NCBI GenBank assembly: GCA_963665095.1 | Contig: OY762069.1 | Location: 1,216,001 to 1,280,000, forward strand | From: an uncultured Desulfobacter sp. | GTDB taxonomy: Bacteria > Desulfobacterota > Desulfobacteria > Desulfobacterales > Desulfobacteraceae | Direction of reading: 5' to 3' | Length of the DNA: 64,000 bases | Part shown: one piece after another, positions 36,136 to 45,645 of the stretch | Layout of the letters: each line of letters opens with the position of its first letter | Position numbering within the stretch: the stretch's first letter is position 1 | Made by a program: the position numbers and the translations under genes | The notes under the pieces: model-generated | What the model was told of the DNA's origin: nothing | Seen by the model: the letters and a program-made list of their open reading frames with translations, nothing else | Database searches by the model: none

Positions 36136-36923
36136 TAAGCCGACTCCTCCAACTCACCGGGCAAAACTTCCTTTTCAAGATGCCAAAGAATCTGCCCCTC
36201 GGCTGTTCTCCGGTCCTTGGCTGCCCAACCGCGAATGCGTTCCAATAGCTCCGGCTCTTCTCGCAGGTCCAGAAAAAAACATCCCTCCGGCACCACTGGC
36301 AACTCAACCTTTCCCGCTTTAATCCTTCTTGCAGCCCTTCTCTTTGCATTCCGGCAGTCTTTACAGTGAGAGTCAAATCCAGAACTGTACCCAGCATCCC
36401 GCTGGAAGTTCTCCGGAGTGAGGGGCAGCTCCCGGCCGCATTCACCTCGGCAGACTGCCGTTTCAACTGGTAAGGCTTCCTGAATGGTTGCCGGGGCCGG
36501 CTTTGGGATGGACTCCTTGGGCGCGGGGTCAACCGGTACCGCCCGGGGCTTCGGCGGTGGCGGTGCCTCTTTCTGGGCCGCAGGTGCCCGGCATACTTTA
36601 CAGGCGTTCGTCAACCCATCACTGGCCCGGTTGGCCACGTCGAAGTGATCCGTATCAGCCGGTAACAATTTTTTGCATATTGAACATAATTTCATATCTG
36701 GCATAAATTTAAGTTCTCCTTCCATATGTTTTTCATAGAGTTCCAGGCCAGTCTCACACCCGCCGCACATCTCCAGGTATTGATTATACTTCCATGCCTC
36801 ATGGCCGTTTTGTTGCTTGCCAGGCTGTGAGGCAACCTTATTCCCCGCTGCAATGACTTTTTGTCTCTCTATGCAGGTGTCGGGCCGCATAAAGCTGGCG
36901 TTATGGCGTTTGCACTCAATCAT
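36135..36923 (-). CDS. Zinc-finger repeat protein with Arc/RHH-like C-terminus
   Basis: Two C..C-x(~25)-CK.CR units; C-terminal LDLREEPELLERIRGWAAKDRRTAEGQILWHL. Confidence 0.65.
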   Translation of the reverse strand: MIECKRHNASFMRPDTCIERQKVIAAGNKVASQPGKQQNGHEAWKYNQYLEMCGGCETGLELYEKHMEGELKFMPDMKLCSICKKLLPADTDHFDVANRASDGLTNACKVCRAPAAQKEAPPPPKPRAVPVDPAPKESIPKPAPATIQEALPVETAVCRGECGRELPLTPENFQRDAGYSSGFDSHCKDCRNAKRRAARRIKAGKVELPVVPEGCFFLDLREEPELLERIRGWAAKDRRTAEGQILWHLEKEVLPGELEESA

Positions 36924-37360
36924 AAATCCACCTTTTTCAGCCAGACACCTGGGTTATCCGGGTCAACGTCATAATCCAAACCGTTTGACATCATCGGGTA
37001 AGGCACAAAGCAATCCATGTTGTCATCCGGAATGAATCCATGGGCCACCAGCAGGTCTGCAATGATCTGCACAGCATTATGGAAATCAAACTTGCGCCGG
37101 CTGTCCCGAACAAAGAAAAATTTTACCCTGACCGGCAGGCTGGCCCCGATAAAATAATCACCGACTGCTTGCCGGAATAAATTCGGCCTGGTGGAATAAT
37201 CCTCGACCCCTGACCGGGTTGAGTATTTTTTGATACCCATGGTCCTCAGGTACTTCCGAACAGCATCAGACGGCACCAGGGTGGTATAGTCTTTTCCTGG
37301 AAGGGAAACAGGCTTTTTGCTGTTCTTCACGCTTGGGACGTTGTTTGGAATAAAGATCAT
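36920..37360 (-). CDS. RusA-like Holliday junction resolvase
   Basis: VPSVKN N-terminus; RRKFDFHNAVQIIADLL..GFIPDDN. Confidence 0.7.
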   Translation of the reverse strand: MIFIPNNVPSVKNSKKPVSLPGKDYTTLVPSDAVRKYLRTMGIKKYSTRSGVEDYSTRPNLFRQAVGDYFIGASLPVRVKFFFVRDSRRKFDFHNAVQIIADLLVAHGFIPDDNMDCFVPYPMMSNGLDYDVDPDNPGVWLKKVDL

Positions 37361-37914
37361 GACGGCAGCCTCTTTACTGCGTCGTTGATTATTTTTTTAA
37401 TCTCCCCGCTTTCTGGGCCAGAAAGTTCTGGCAGGATATTTCTCCCGGCAACCTTATCGTTTTCAAATTCCTGGTAGGCTTTTACAAACTCCTTACGAAA
37501 AAAAACAAACCCAGGATCACGCACAGCCATCATGTCCAGCTGTCGAAAAGTCCACCGATGAGTCATCAAGTACGTGGTTATCTCGTCATAAAACAAAGCC
37601 TCTGCATCCCGTCCCCATTCTTTCAGCGTTTCAATAACCTTGTCCGCCTCAATTTCTGCTTTAATGCTGACTGTGGGCGATTCAATAAGCCGTATGGCGT
37701 CGATAAATTCCTTGATCGTTGGCACGGCCGGGAACGTTTCTCGTCTATTTTTGAGCAGGTGTATTGCACCCCTGGATATTTGCTCAATGGAAAATTCTTT
37801 CAGGAGATTAAAGCGAGTCTTCAACTGCTCCTTGCTGATATCCCCACCGAAGTTTTCAGAAACACCGACCATGATCGAAGAAAACTTTTTAAATTCGTCC
37901 GGTGTGTTGTTCAT
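37357..37914 (-). CDS. Replication accessory protein (helicase loader/inhibitor, lambda P position)
   Basis: Directly after the initiator; F..L.EFS.EQI..GA..LL...FP.VPTI.EF pattern. Confidence 0.55.
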   Translation of the reverse strand: MNNTPDEFKKFSSIMVGVSENFGGDISKEQLKTRFNLLKEFSIEQISRGAIHLLKNRRETFPAVPTIKEFIDAIRLIESPTVSIKAEIEADKVIETLKEWGRDAEALFYDEITTYLMTHRWTFRQLDMMAVRDPGFVFFRKEFVKAYQEFENDKVAGRNILPELSGPESGEIKKIINDAVKRLPS

Positions 37915-38857
37915 TGCTGCACCCTCTCGTCATTTCGTCCACAAAATCCGCTCCAGCCTGTTTATTCCGCTCTGCCCTGGTTATCTTTTCCTTGCGGATC
38001 GGCACAACCTTGTTGCGGTAGTTGCCGTTCAGGACCTTTGCCATGTTTGTGGGTTTGACAAGCCAATCAAACGAGGCATGAAACGGCCTGTCTGAGTTTA
38101 TACGCCCCATCAGGAAATCAGACTCAGACACGGTATTGAAGAAATCAGACCACCAATCAAGATTTTGCCTTGCCCGGTCCTCCCGCCACCGGGCTTGTAA
38201 ATTTTTTTGAATTATGCTGTTTGTTACCTTGCACTTCGGTAGGATATCCCCAAGCGTTTGGTTGTATATTTCCTGGATTTTTTTCAAAGGGCATTTTTGT
38301 GGTGTCGGATGGTCATCGGAATCCGACTCCGGCGGTTCCGATGACGAGTACCCGTTAGGGTACTTATATTCTGTTACTGTATCTGTTACTGTATCTGTTT
38401 CTGTTACTGCTTCTGTTACTGCTTCTGTAGAGGTTGAAGGGGGGTTCAAGGGTGGTTCAACCACTTTCTGTGCTTTGATTTTGTATTTTTCAAGGATTGA
38501 TTTATTAGTATTTACAAATACTTGTACCTTATCAGGCCAGTTTTCAGCGACTATGTTTAAGGCCCCTTCTGCGAACTGCTTGTTCTGACACTGCCTTTTC
38601 AAGAAATTGGGGATAAAAACGACCTCATCCGTGGACCACCATTGAACCATATGAGCCAAACCCTTCAACAGGGGTTCAAGGTCGGTTGAAGGTATTTTTG
38701 TTTCAAATGCCATTCGTCGGAGGGTGATTTCATACATGCCAGACTGGTTGCATTGGCTGTTTGTCCAGAGGTATATAAATAAATACCGCTCCATTGGATT
38801 GAGCTTTTCAAAACGCTTATCTTCCCATGTTCCAGTGTCAAATTTTCTATAGGCCAT
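37889..38857 (-). CDS. Phage replication initiator (lambda O-like)
   Basis: N-terminal W.D..F..L....RYLFIYL.TN...N..G wHTH; C-terminal SDFLMGR...ASFDWL.KP.N..KVLNGNY; internal iterons. Confidence 0.8.
   Translation of the reverse strand: MAYRKFDTGTWEDKRFEKLNPMERYLFIYLWTNSQCNQSGMYEITLRRMAFETKIPSTDLEPLLKGLAHMVQWWSTDEVVFIPNFLKRQCQNKQFAEGALNIVAENWPDKVQVFVNTNKSILEKYKIKAQKVVEPPLNPPSTSTEAVTEAVTETDTVTDTVTEYKYPNGYSSSEPPESDSDDHPTPQKCPLKKIQEIYNQTLGDILPKCKVTNSIIQKNLQARWREDRARQNLDWWSDFFNTVSESDFLMGRINSDRPFHASFDWLVKPTNMAKVLNGNYRNKVVPIRKEKITRAERNKQAGADFVDEMTRGCSNEQHTGRI
38370..38429. repeat. Iteron-like tandem repeats (probable phage origin) inside the initiator gene
   Basis: TCTGTTACTG(T/C)(A/T) 12-mers repeated about five times, encoding TEAVTEAVTETDTVTDTVTE. 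Confidence 0.65.
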
Positions 38858-38872
38858 CAGTCCGCCCTTGGC

Positions 38873-39574
38873 TTAATTATTCGCAAAAACCGGGATTCCG
38901 GTTAACTTCTGTATTTCTTCAACAAAAAAACCGGGATCTCCGTTGTCGCCACTGATGTGGATTAAATGGATTTCCCGGCATTGTGACAGGTCGTTTGCCC
39001 TGATAAACGCCTTTACATTCTCAAGGCTAAAATGACTCTTTTTAATGCGGTTTCTGTGGGATGGGTGGATTGTCCCGTTTTCAATATTTTCATCCAGCAA
39101 ATCGTCTGAATAATTGCATTCAAGCATAAAATGGGTGACACCCTTAAACGCAAAGCGACTGTAATATGTGTCCGTGATGTAAAGGATCTTCCCGGTGGCC
39201 GATTGAATCAGAAACCCATGATTTTCGACATCGTGCTGGAGTGGAAAGGGCAGGACTGTAAATGCCCCAACCTTGAATTGTTCTTTTCCTTTGAAATTCT
39301 TTACACGGTGACCGGATAGGCCTGGGATTTCCGCCTGGGTTGTTTCCGACATCCAGACGTCCACCCCGGCCTTGGTCATATCCACAGCAGCCTTGCAGTG
39401 GTCTTTGTGGGAGTGTGAAATAAGACACCCGGAAATCCCGGATAACTGGAAATCGAAAGCCTGCCGGATCTTCCGGAAACTGATGCCGCATTCAATCATT
39501 AAGACGTTTGCACCGTCTGTGATTTGGTAACAGTTACCGGTAGATCCGGAGGCATGGGTGGCGATGGATATCAT
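38873..39574 (-). CDS. MBL-fold metallohydrolase (phage exonuclease, YycJ-like)
   Basis: SGSTGNCY, ISHSHKDH, HDV, YITDT, ECNY, LIHIS. Confidence 0.85.
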   Translation of the reverse strand: MISIATHASGSTGNCYQITDGANVLMIECGISFRKIRQAFDFQLSGISGCLISHSHKDHCKAAVDMTKAGVDVWMSETTQAEIPGLSGHRVKNFKGKEQFKVGAFTVLPFPLQHDVENHGFLIQSATGKILYITDTYYSRFAFKGVTHFMLECNYSDDLLDENIENGTIHPSHRNRIKKSHFSLENVKAFIRANDLSQCREIHLIHISGDNGDPGFFVEEIQKLTGIPVFANN

Positions 39575-39577
39575 GGC

Positions 39578-39844
39578 CTATGCAGCTTTTATACTCTCAA
39601 GTGCCATGCAGTCCTTGCAACTTTCATTGACTGCCGGAATAGACCCGAAAACAATATCAGCAGCCCTGTCAAGTAGATCCCGTACTACCTGGACATCCTT
39701 TTGGATAATCATGGCCTTGGCTGAAAAAGGCATATAAAATCCGCTGTTATCAGCACTTTTCTCCCCTGGGTCTGTAATGGGTTCACACAAAAACACTGCA
39801 GGGAATGGCCCAAGGATATTTACAAGTGTCGTTAATGTTTCCAT
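39578..39844 (-). CDS. Short protein, possibly a C-terminal remnant of a PD-(D/E)XK nuclease
   Basis: Ends in P....CKDC; lies between the annealing protein and MBL nuclease; remnant status is inference. Confidence 0.4.
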   Translation of the reverse strand: METLTTLVNILGPFPAVFLCEPITDPGEKSADNSGFYMPFSAKAMIIQKDVQVVRDLLDRAADIVFGSIPAVNESCKDCMALESIKAA

Positions 39845-39847
39845 GGA

Positions 39848-40627
39848 TCAAAACCCCGGCCCACCAGCCATCTGCGCTTCAGCCTCGGCCCGCTCCTGGG
39901 CTTCAATCTCTGCCTTCTCAGCATCGGTCATGCCGTCAGATCCAGAAACGTCCTTTGGGTCTGGTTCCTGTTTTTTGACATTATTTGAGGGGGCAGGATC
40001 AATATCAAGAGTCTCTTTGTTGGCATTCTGATTTATCTCCGCCTGAATCTCTTTGTCAGGGGTGACATCAATAATCTCACCATCGTAAAGCTCTTCCGGC
40101 GTATGAAGCCCCATGGTCGTTTCCGGGGAATAGAGACGGATAAAAAAAGCAGCGGCCCGATATCTAAGCATCAAGTCCGGCAATGTTTTCCATTTTGAGC
40201 CGGATTTACTGTACCAACCTTCGGCTTTGGCCATGGCAATGGAAACAGGAGGGCCGTCAACAACCTCCTTGGTTTGGAGGTCAGTTGCATATGCAACACA
40301 CTGCTTATCATCACCGGAGCCAGACATTTTGTATTTCAAAGGGGAAAACTGCCCACCTTTATTGAAAAGGGCAATCTGTAACTGCGTTTCGATGGCGGGC
40401 TTGCCATGGATGACATACATCTTCTGCATTGCCATGAAGGGGTCTATCCCGGCCCTGTGGGCATAATTAAGAGCGATAACGCAGTTGCCGATATTATCCC
40501 GGAAGTGCTGCGGCACCATTGTGGAAGACGCCAGCATTTTACTTACTCTCTGCGCGTGTTCAAAGCCGGTTGTGTCAAAGAGTAAGGATTTATTTGTTAG
40601 TGTTGCTGGTACGTTATTGTTTGTCAT
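39848..40627 (-). CDS. RecT-like single-strand annealing protein
   Basis: VPQHFR...NC.IAL..A...GIDP...MQ.MYVIHGKP; SKWKTLPDLML.YRAA.FF.R.Y.PE. Confidence 0.75.
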   Translation of the reverse strand: MTNNNVPATLTNKSLLFDTTGFEHAQRVSKMLASSTMVPQHFRDNIGNCVIALNYAHRAGIDPFMAMQKMYVIHGKPAIETQLQIALFNKGGQFSPLKYKMSGSGDDKQCVAYATDLQTKEVVDGPPVSIAMAKAEGWYSKSGSKWKTLPDLMLRYRAAAFFIRLYSPETTMGLHTPEELYDGEIIDVTPDKEIQAEINQNANKETLDIDPAPSNNVKKQEPDPKDVSGSDGMTDAEKAEIEAQERAEAEAQMAGGPGF

Positions 40628-40729
40628 TTCTTCTCTCCTTTAAATATTTTTCCATGAAAACAACCCTGTATTTGGGTTGTAATCTAAAAACTGCTTTATT
40701 TCTTTTTGGGATATTTCCATGCATTATTC

Positions 40730-42670
40730 CTAAGACGCCTGAGCCATCTCGGCCACACCAGACGAGACAATAAGCTCCTTGTCCTTAGTGACAGACATGG
40801 AAATAACCTGGGCCTCAACAGGAAGCAGGTTGTTTACAGATTCTCTGTTGTCTATCCAGACGGGCGCCTGTAGACCGAAGTGCTCAGACAAAACATTGCA
40901 GATATCCAGGCCAACATTTACCTGGGCCGCCGTATTCAAACCGGAATTAAACGGGACGCCTTTATAAAGGACTTCGCAGCATTTATCGTCAATACCTCCA
41001 TTAACAAGCTGTTTAAACATCTTGAATTTAGCGGTTGAAAATTTGCTATTGATCTGATCTTCCAGGAGTTCAACCTTCCTGACAACAAACCGGTCAGTCA
41101 AGAACATCTGATGCTCAAGGCGTTCATATTCAGCGGAAAGAGTCTTCTCCTGGGCCAGCAGTTCGTTTATCCTGGTTCTGGCTTTGCCAGCAGCTTCATA
41201 TTCAGCCTGCGCTTTCCTCCAAGTGTCTATTTCCTTCTGGGCCTCTTCGATCTTCTCCCGGGTATCTTTCTCCTGGACAGCGGTACCGTTTTTCAGGGCC
41301 TTGATCATGCCTTCGTGCTTGGCTTTTTCGTGTTCCAGGTCACGTAATTCTTTATTTTCAACAGTGGTGCCTGTGTCATCCAAGCTCTTTTCAAGCTCGG
41401 CTATTTCAGCGCTTATTTCATCCATCCGGATAGAGACATCAGAAAGCTTTGCCTGGGCTACTTCAATGTCATTATTACGCTGCTCAACGTTGGCTTTAAG
41501 TGTCTTTCCCTCATCTGAGATGCTTTTCAGTTTCTCCGCCTTTGCCTGGTTGAATTTATCGATAACGGCCTGCACCTGATCCGCCGGCAAGTCCTGGCCG
41601 CAAGTCGGGCATTTTTTATCCGGGTAGACCTTCGCAGAGTTTGCCGCGTCCCAATCCACACGCAGTTGAACCATGGCCTCTTCGGCCAACTGGTTACGCT
41701 TCTGGTCCCTCTTTATGGATTCTTCGAGTGTCGTTATCTGCTGACTCAGCTGTGATGATTCTTTATTCAGGGTCTTGATCTTATCCATGACCGGTTTCTG
41801 GTTGGCCATGGAGGCCTTGGCCGCATCGGCTTTAATCTGCGCAATCTGTGCGGACACGTTACTAAGCTGTTCCTTGTGGTTTGACATCGCCTCGTTGGTC
41901 TGCAGGGAGGAAAGCTTGTCTTTGGCATACTGGAGCTGTTTTTCTAACCGTGAAAGCTCTTTATCGTCAGGTTTGTAGGTATCAGCCATCTGATTTTCAA
42001 GCTCTGAAATACGCGGTGGAATACCCTGGATATCCTTATTGATCTGGCGCATCTGAGACTTGGCCATGGTACGGATATCATCAATGGATTTTTCTTTAAC
42101 CAGATCTGCCAAGGGGGAGAGCTCGGCATCTGATTCGATTACTTCCAGGTCAGAAATATCCCCGGACATATCAAGCAAAATTTCACGGCGCCGCGGCCAG
42201 GGGATGTTTGCAAAATACATAGGATCGGACACCAGGAGATATGTTTCTTCATCGAACATATCCTTGATTGCCGTTTTAAATTCCCCCTCTTTTTTCGGGA
42301 TGTCATCAATCCAATGTTCTTTGACGTGGCCTGAGAATTCTTTCGTAGCAGACCCTTTTTTCTGGACGTAATTTTCCTTGAACATTTTTTTCAGGGTGAT
42401 GGGCTTGCCGTTAAAAGAAAAAGTGCCTTTCACCACAGTTTCCAGGTGGTGAATTTCGTTGTTGCCTGCATCCAATGGCTTCAGGGCAAAGTCCGCCCTG
42501 CCCTTGGAGTCTTTGCCGGTAAACAGCCAGCTGCAGGCGTCTGAAATAGTTGTTTTCCCAAGCTCGTTATCTCCAAGTATGGAGATGTCCTGACCAGCTG
42601 CGACAAGATCAAACGAGGTTATTCCCTTGAAATGTTCTATGTGCAGGCTTTCAAGTGATAATGTGTCCAT
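40730..42670 (-). CDS. SbcC/Rad50-like coiled-coil ATPase
   Basis: FKGI, GDNELGKTT, CPTCGQ zinc hook, LNTA, WIDNRES. Confidence 0.85.
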   Translation of the reverse strand: MDTLSLESLHIEHFKGITSFDLVAAGQDISILGDNELGKTTISDACSWLFTGKDSKGRADFALKPLDAGNNEIHHLETVVKGTFSFNGKPITLKKMFKENYVQKKGSATKEFSGHVKEHWIDDIPKKEGEFKTAIKDMFDEETYLLVSDPMYFANIPWPRRREILLDMSGDISDLEVIESDAELSPLADLVKEKSIDDIRTMAKSQMRQINKDIQGIPPRISELENQMADTYKPDDKELSRLEKQLQYAKDKLSSLQTNEAMSNHKEQLSNVSAQIAQIKADAAKASMANQKPVMDKIKTLNKESSQLSQQITTLEESIKRDQKRNQLAEEAMVQLRVDWDAANSAKVYPDKKCPTCGQDLPADQVQAVIDKFNQAKAEKLKSISDEGKTLKANVEQRNNDIEVAQAKLSDVSIRMDEISAEIAELEKSLDDTGTTVENKELRDLEHEKAKHEGMIKALKNGTAVQEKDTREKIEEAQKEIDTWRKAQAEYEAAGKARTRINELLAQEKTLSAEYERLEHQMFLTDRFVVRKVELLEDQINSKFSTAKFKMFKQLVNGGIDDKCCEVLYKGVPFNSGLNTAAQVNVGLDICNVLSEHFGLQAPVWIDNRESVNNLLPVEAQVISMSVTKDKELIVSSGVAEMAQAS

Positions 42671-42825
42671 TTATTCACCTTCCTTCCCGGGCTGCGTTAA
42701 ACAGCTCATTCTCGACCAGGGCCTGCTCATGAATAATGACAATGTTTTCCTGCTGTGCTACGTCGTACGCCTCTTCAAAACTAAGTCTTTCATCTTTCAT
42801 GATTGCTCCTTAAAATAGTGATGTA

Positions 42826-43491
42826 TTATGAATTAATTTCTTCCAGGGTCTCATCCTCAAGAAGCGCCTGGTCATCGGTGTCATCCACAGGCGCCGCCGG
42901 AACACTGTCAGGAGAAAACATCTCCTGCTGATACTGGATGGGTTTTAAATGTCCGGTCAGGTCTGACAGCCATTGCAAAATCTGAGGGACATAGACGTGC
43001 CCCCAAAGAGGAGTGATGCGCACGGTTATAAATTCCCGATGTAGAGCATCCAGGCACATAAAAAGCTGTTCAATCAGGTACACCTTCTCCAGGACTGCCC
43101 CCTCAATTTCATCGGGCGCATTGGATGTCTCCATTGTTGGGGCCTTGTGGATCTTCACCGCCAGGTCATCACTGGTGATGGAAAAAGAATATCCATTCTC
43201 ACCAATGGAAAGATCGAAGCATATTTCCTTGATCCGGCCACCGTCAGAAATGGCAATGGCAGCGGACTTATGGCCGGTCTCTTCGCTCTTGATGGTAATT
43301 TTTGACTTTGGCTTCTCGCTCTCAATCACGATGCCGCCGGCAAAATCAACGGATACTTTTTCGTTGGGGCAGACCGAATTGTTAACGGTGTCCGGAGTGA
43401 TCTCCGACGCCCACCACAACCACAAAAGGAATTCTCCACCCAGAAAGGAATACTTGGCAAAAGCCGTTGCAATATCAATACTCATGCACAC
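42826..43491 (-). CDS. Partner of RdgC-like protein
   Basis: FLGGEFLLWLWW motif; overlaps the upstream RdgC-like gene. Confidence 0.65.
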   Translation of the reverse strand: MCMSIDIATAFAKYSFLGGEFLLWLWWASEITPDTVNNSVCPNEKVSVDFAGGIVIESEKPKSKITIKSEETGHKSAAIAISDGGRIKEICFDLSIGENGYSFSITSDDLAVKIHKAPTMETSNAPDEIEGAVLEKVYLIEQLFMCLDALHREFITVRITPLWGHVYVPQILQWLSDLTGHLKPIQYQQEMFSPDSVPAAPVDDTDDQALLEDETLEEINS

Positions 43492-44102
43492 CTCCCTATA
43501 GCCATTGGTGCGGCCTGTGCTACACTATCAATCAGGCCGGCATTGTCCCTGGCAGCCAGGGTGTAAGGAAAAAGCCGATGGATTTTGATTCCAAAGGACT
43601 TCAGGAAAAGGGTTTCAAAAAGTTCATTCGCAGAGTTCTGTGTTGAAAAAAACATGATTGTCTTTCCCTCATAGTCCCATACGATTTCATAGATTGTCGG
43701 GACGAAAGGGACCTGCTTGAAAAGCTTATCCATGACAAGCTCTTTGAGCTCTGCACGCTCTCCCTTTGAAAGAAATTCGCGGTCAACTTCAGCCAGTTTT
43801 TTCTGGACTGCAATGTCCAGTTGTTCGGCCAGGGCCTTGGCCGGGATTGTCTTTTTATCCACTCGCATAGAGAAGACAAAATACACACCAAAAACAAAGC
43901 CGTGTTTTTCAAAATCCGGGTTATACGGCCCCTCAAAGGGCACCCACCCGACAACGATTTCATCATACTCGTTTTTCTCCACAGGCATCTTGCCCTGGAC
44001 AAGGCCTCTGCGGACATGCTCTGCCACGCCGGCGTCCAGGTCCACCGGGCAGTCCGGCACATGATACCGGACAACCGCCTGTGATGTTGATAATAGCGCC
44101 AT
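43482..44102 (-). CDS. RdgC-like recombination-associated protein
   Basis: MALLS....VRY.V, GWVPFE, FSMRVDKK.IP, LSKGER.ELKE, FETLF..SFG. Confidence 0.7.
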   Translation of the reverse strand: MALLSTSQAVVRYHVPDCPVDLDAGVAEHVRRGLVQGKMPVEKNEYDEIVVGWVPFEGPYNPDFEKHGFVFGVYFVFSMRVDKKTIPAKALAEQLDIAVQKKLAEVDREFLSKGERAELKELVMDKLFKQVPFVPTIYEIVWDYEGKTIMFFSTQNSANELFETLFLKSFGIKIHRLFPYTLAARDNAGLIDSVAQAAPMAIGRCA

Positions 44103-44414
44103 TCTACCTCCTAAATAGTTTCAATACTTGTCCTCGGCACATTCCACCGGCCGCAATGCGGACAGGCCCACAGATACACTGCATGCACTTCACCTGCCGC
44201 TGCCAGCTGCCAGCGCATCATGCGGTGGCAGCGCCTGCAGAACATCATTTGCCAGCCCCTCTGTTGACCCGCGCAATACCCAACAGAGACAATCCAAATC
44301 CCAGCATGCCCATGGTATTTATTATGATCTGCTGGCCGAATCGCTCAGCTTCAGCCCCGGATAAGATCAAACCGGCCACTGCGGTGATTGCCAGAACCAC
44401 TGTGATTACCTTTT

Positions 44415-44609
44415 TCATGCTTTAATTCCCTCCTGGAAGGCATCCCTTTTGGTCCTGCATGCTTCCAAGGTAGGCCCCACACAAGAGAACAACCGCCCGT
44501 CTTCAGTCCGGTAATCGTACTGAAAATAGGTCTTACGCCCTCTGGTGAACCGTTCATACGACTCTGTTCCTTTGGCGCAAGTTGAACACCCGTTGACATC
44601 TGATTTCAT
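44415..44609 (-). CDS. DUF3873-like phage protein
   Basis: NGCSTC..G.E.YE.F...YFQYDYR..DG.LFSCV.PTL..CR..RD. Confidence 0.6.
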   Translation of the reverse strand: MKSDVNGCSTCAKGTESYERFTRGRKTYFQYDYRTEDGRLFSCVGPTLEACRTKRDAFQEGIKA

Positions 44610-44739
44610 TCCCCTTCTCCTTTCCAGACGGCCCGGCCTCCACCGGGCGCCCGGGTTTGGGATTTACCCTCAAGTCGATTCTCACATGTCCCATCAGGCC
44701 ACTCCCGTTGTTATTTCCCCGGCCCTGTGCCGGGGTTCG

Positions 44740-45012
44740 CTAAACCTTATCTTTATCTAAGTACAGCTCCATCAATCCGGTCATTGCCGCCTTCAGGCGC
44801 TGTTCCTTTGCATGTAATTGTTTTTCTTTGTCTCCTGACTCTATCTTGAGCCCAGAAATCGTAAGAATCTCCCCAAGGGCTTTTAGAGAAATTTTGGCTC
44901 CAGGCTGCCGCATCCGTGTAATTTCCTGTGCGCTGACATCCAGCTGAGCAGCCAGGGCAGAGGCGCTGCCGCATTTTGTTACAGCGTCTTCTATCAGATC
45001 CTCAATGCGCAT
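44740..45012 (-). CDS. HTH regulator in the CII position
   Basis: GSASALAAQLDVSAQEITRMR HTH; GGGAG RBS. Confidence 0.65.
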   Translation of the reverse strand: MRIEDLIEDAVTKCGSASALAAQLDVSAQEITRMRQPGAKISLKALGEILTISGLKIESGDKEKQLHAKEQRLKAAMTGLMELYLDKDKV

Positions 45013-45191
45013 AAGACTCCCTGTTATCGCTTGGAAATCCTTGGAAATCGTTTTGCTTGGGATTCCATCCCGTATTTCTTATATTGGACTTACCGAAACG
45101 AACATCTCTCCGCAGATCACGTACATACATCCGCAGATCACGTATAAATTCGGAATATTGACAATAAATACGGGGGCTTGTATTTATGGCC

Positions 45192-45356
45192 ATGGCCGAT
45201 GACAAAAAAAATACTGCTGAACTAAGGATATATTGCGACGAGGCTCTCAAAGCCCGGCTCGTCGAAATTGCGCGAGAGGAGGTGAGGTCAATCTCTGGGC
45301 AAGTGGTATTTTTCTTGATCAAGGCCATAAAGGATTATGATTCCACGGGGGAATAA
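45192..45356 (+). CDS. 54-aa Arc/ribbon-helix-helix repressor-like protein (not in ORF track)
   Basis: MADDKKNTAELRIYCDEALKARLVEIAREEVRSISGQVVFFLIKAIKDYDSTGE; preceded by TTGACA-17-TATTTA. Confidence 0.7.
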   Translation: MADDKKNTAELRIYCDEALKARLVEIAREEVRSISGQVVFFLIKAIKDYDSTGE

Positions 45357-45538
45357 ATTGCCGAACGGATTTCTTCTGACGTTCCTTCTAGCCAAAGAAC
45401 CGGGTCTGTTTTTGTAAGCTCGGCGAGCTGTTTTGCTCGTTTCCAATTTGGCCGCTTTTTTGTTTTAACTAAAGAGTTGATAAAGGTAGGCGTCACTTTA
45501 AGGCATTTGGCTATGTATGCTTGAGTTATTCGTTTCAT
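45335..45538 (-). CDS. Cro-like HTH protein
   Basis: ITQAYIAKCLKVTPTFINSLVKTKKRPNWKRAKQLA; divergent from the repressor gene. Confidence 0.75.
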   Translation of the reverse strand: MKRITQAYIAKCLKVTPTFINSLVKTKKRPNWKRAKQLAELTKTDPVLWLEGTSEEIRSAIYSPVES

Positions 45539-45548
45539 GGAAATGAAA

Positions 45549-45636
45549 ATAAACCTTTTGGTTGATATCTGTCAAGGGATAAATAAACTTTTTAGTAGAT
45601 TTTTTTTATTTGTAACAAATCAACTTATAGGTTAAC
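45549..45636. promoter_or_regulatory. Lysis/lysogeny switch: three 18-bp operators and the leftward promoter
   Basis: ATAAACCTTTTGGTTGAT (45549-45566), ATAAACTTTTTAGTAGAT (45583-45600), ATCAACTTATAGGTTAAC (45619-45636); minus-strand TTGACA at 45570-45575. Confidence 0.7.
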
Positions 45637-45645
45637 AAATTTAGG

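Noticed and set aside
45002..45328. 108-aa minus-strand ORF between cro and the CII-position gene
   Set aside because: No recognisable motif; it overlaps the better-supported + strand RHH ORF and its promoter repeats
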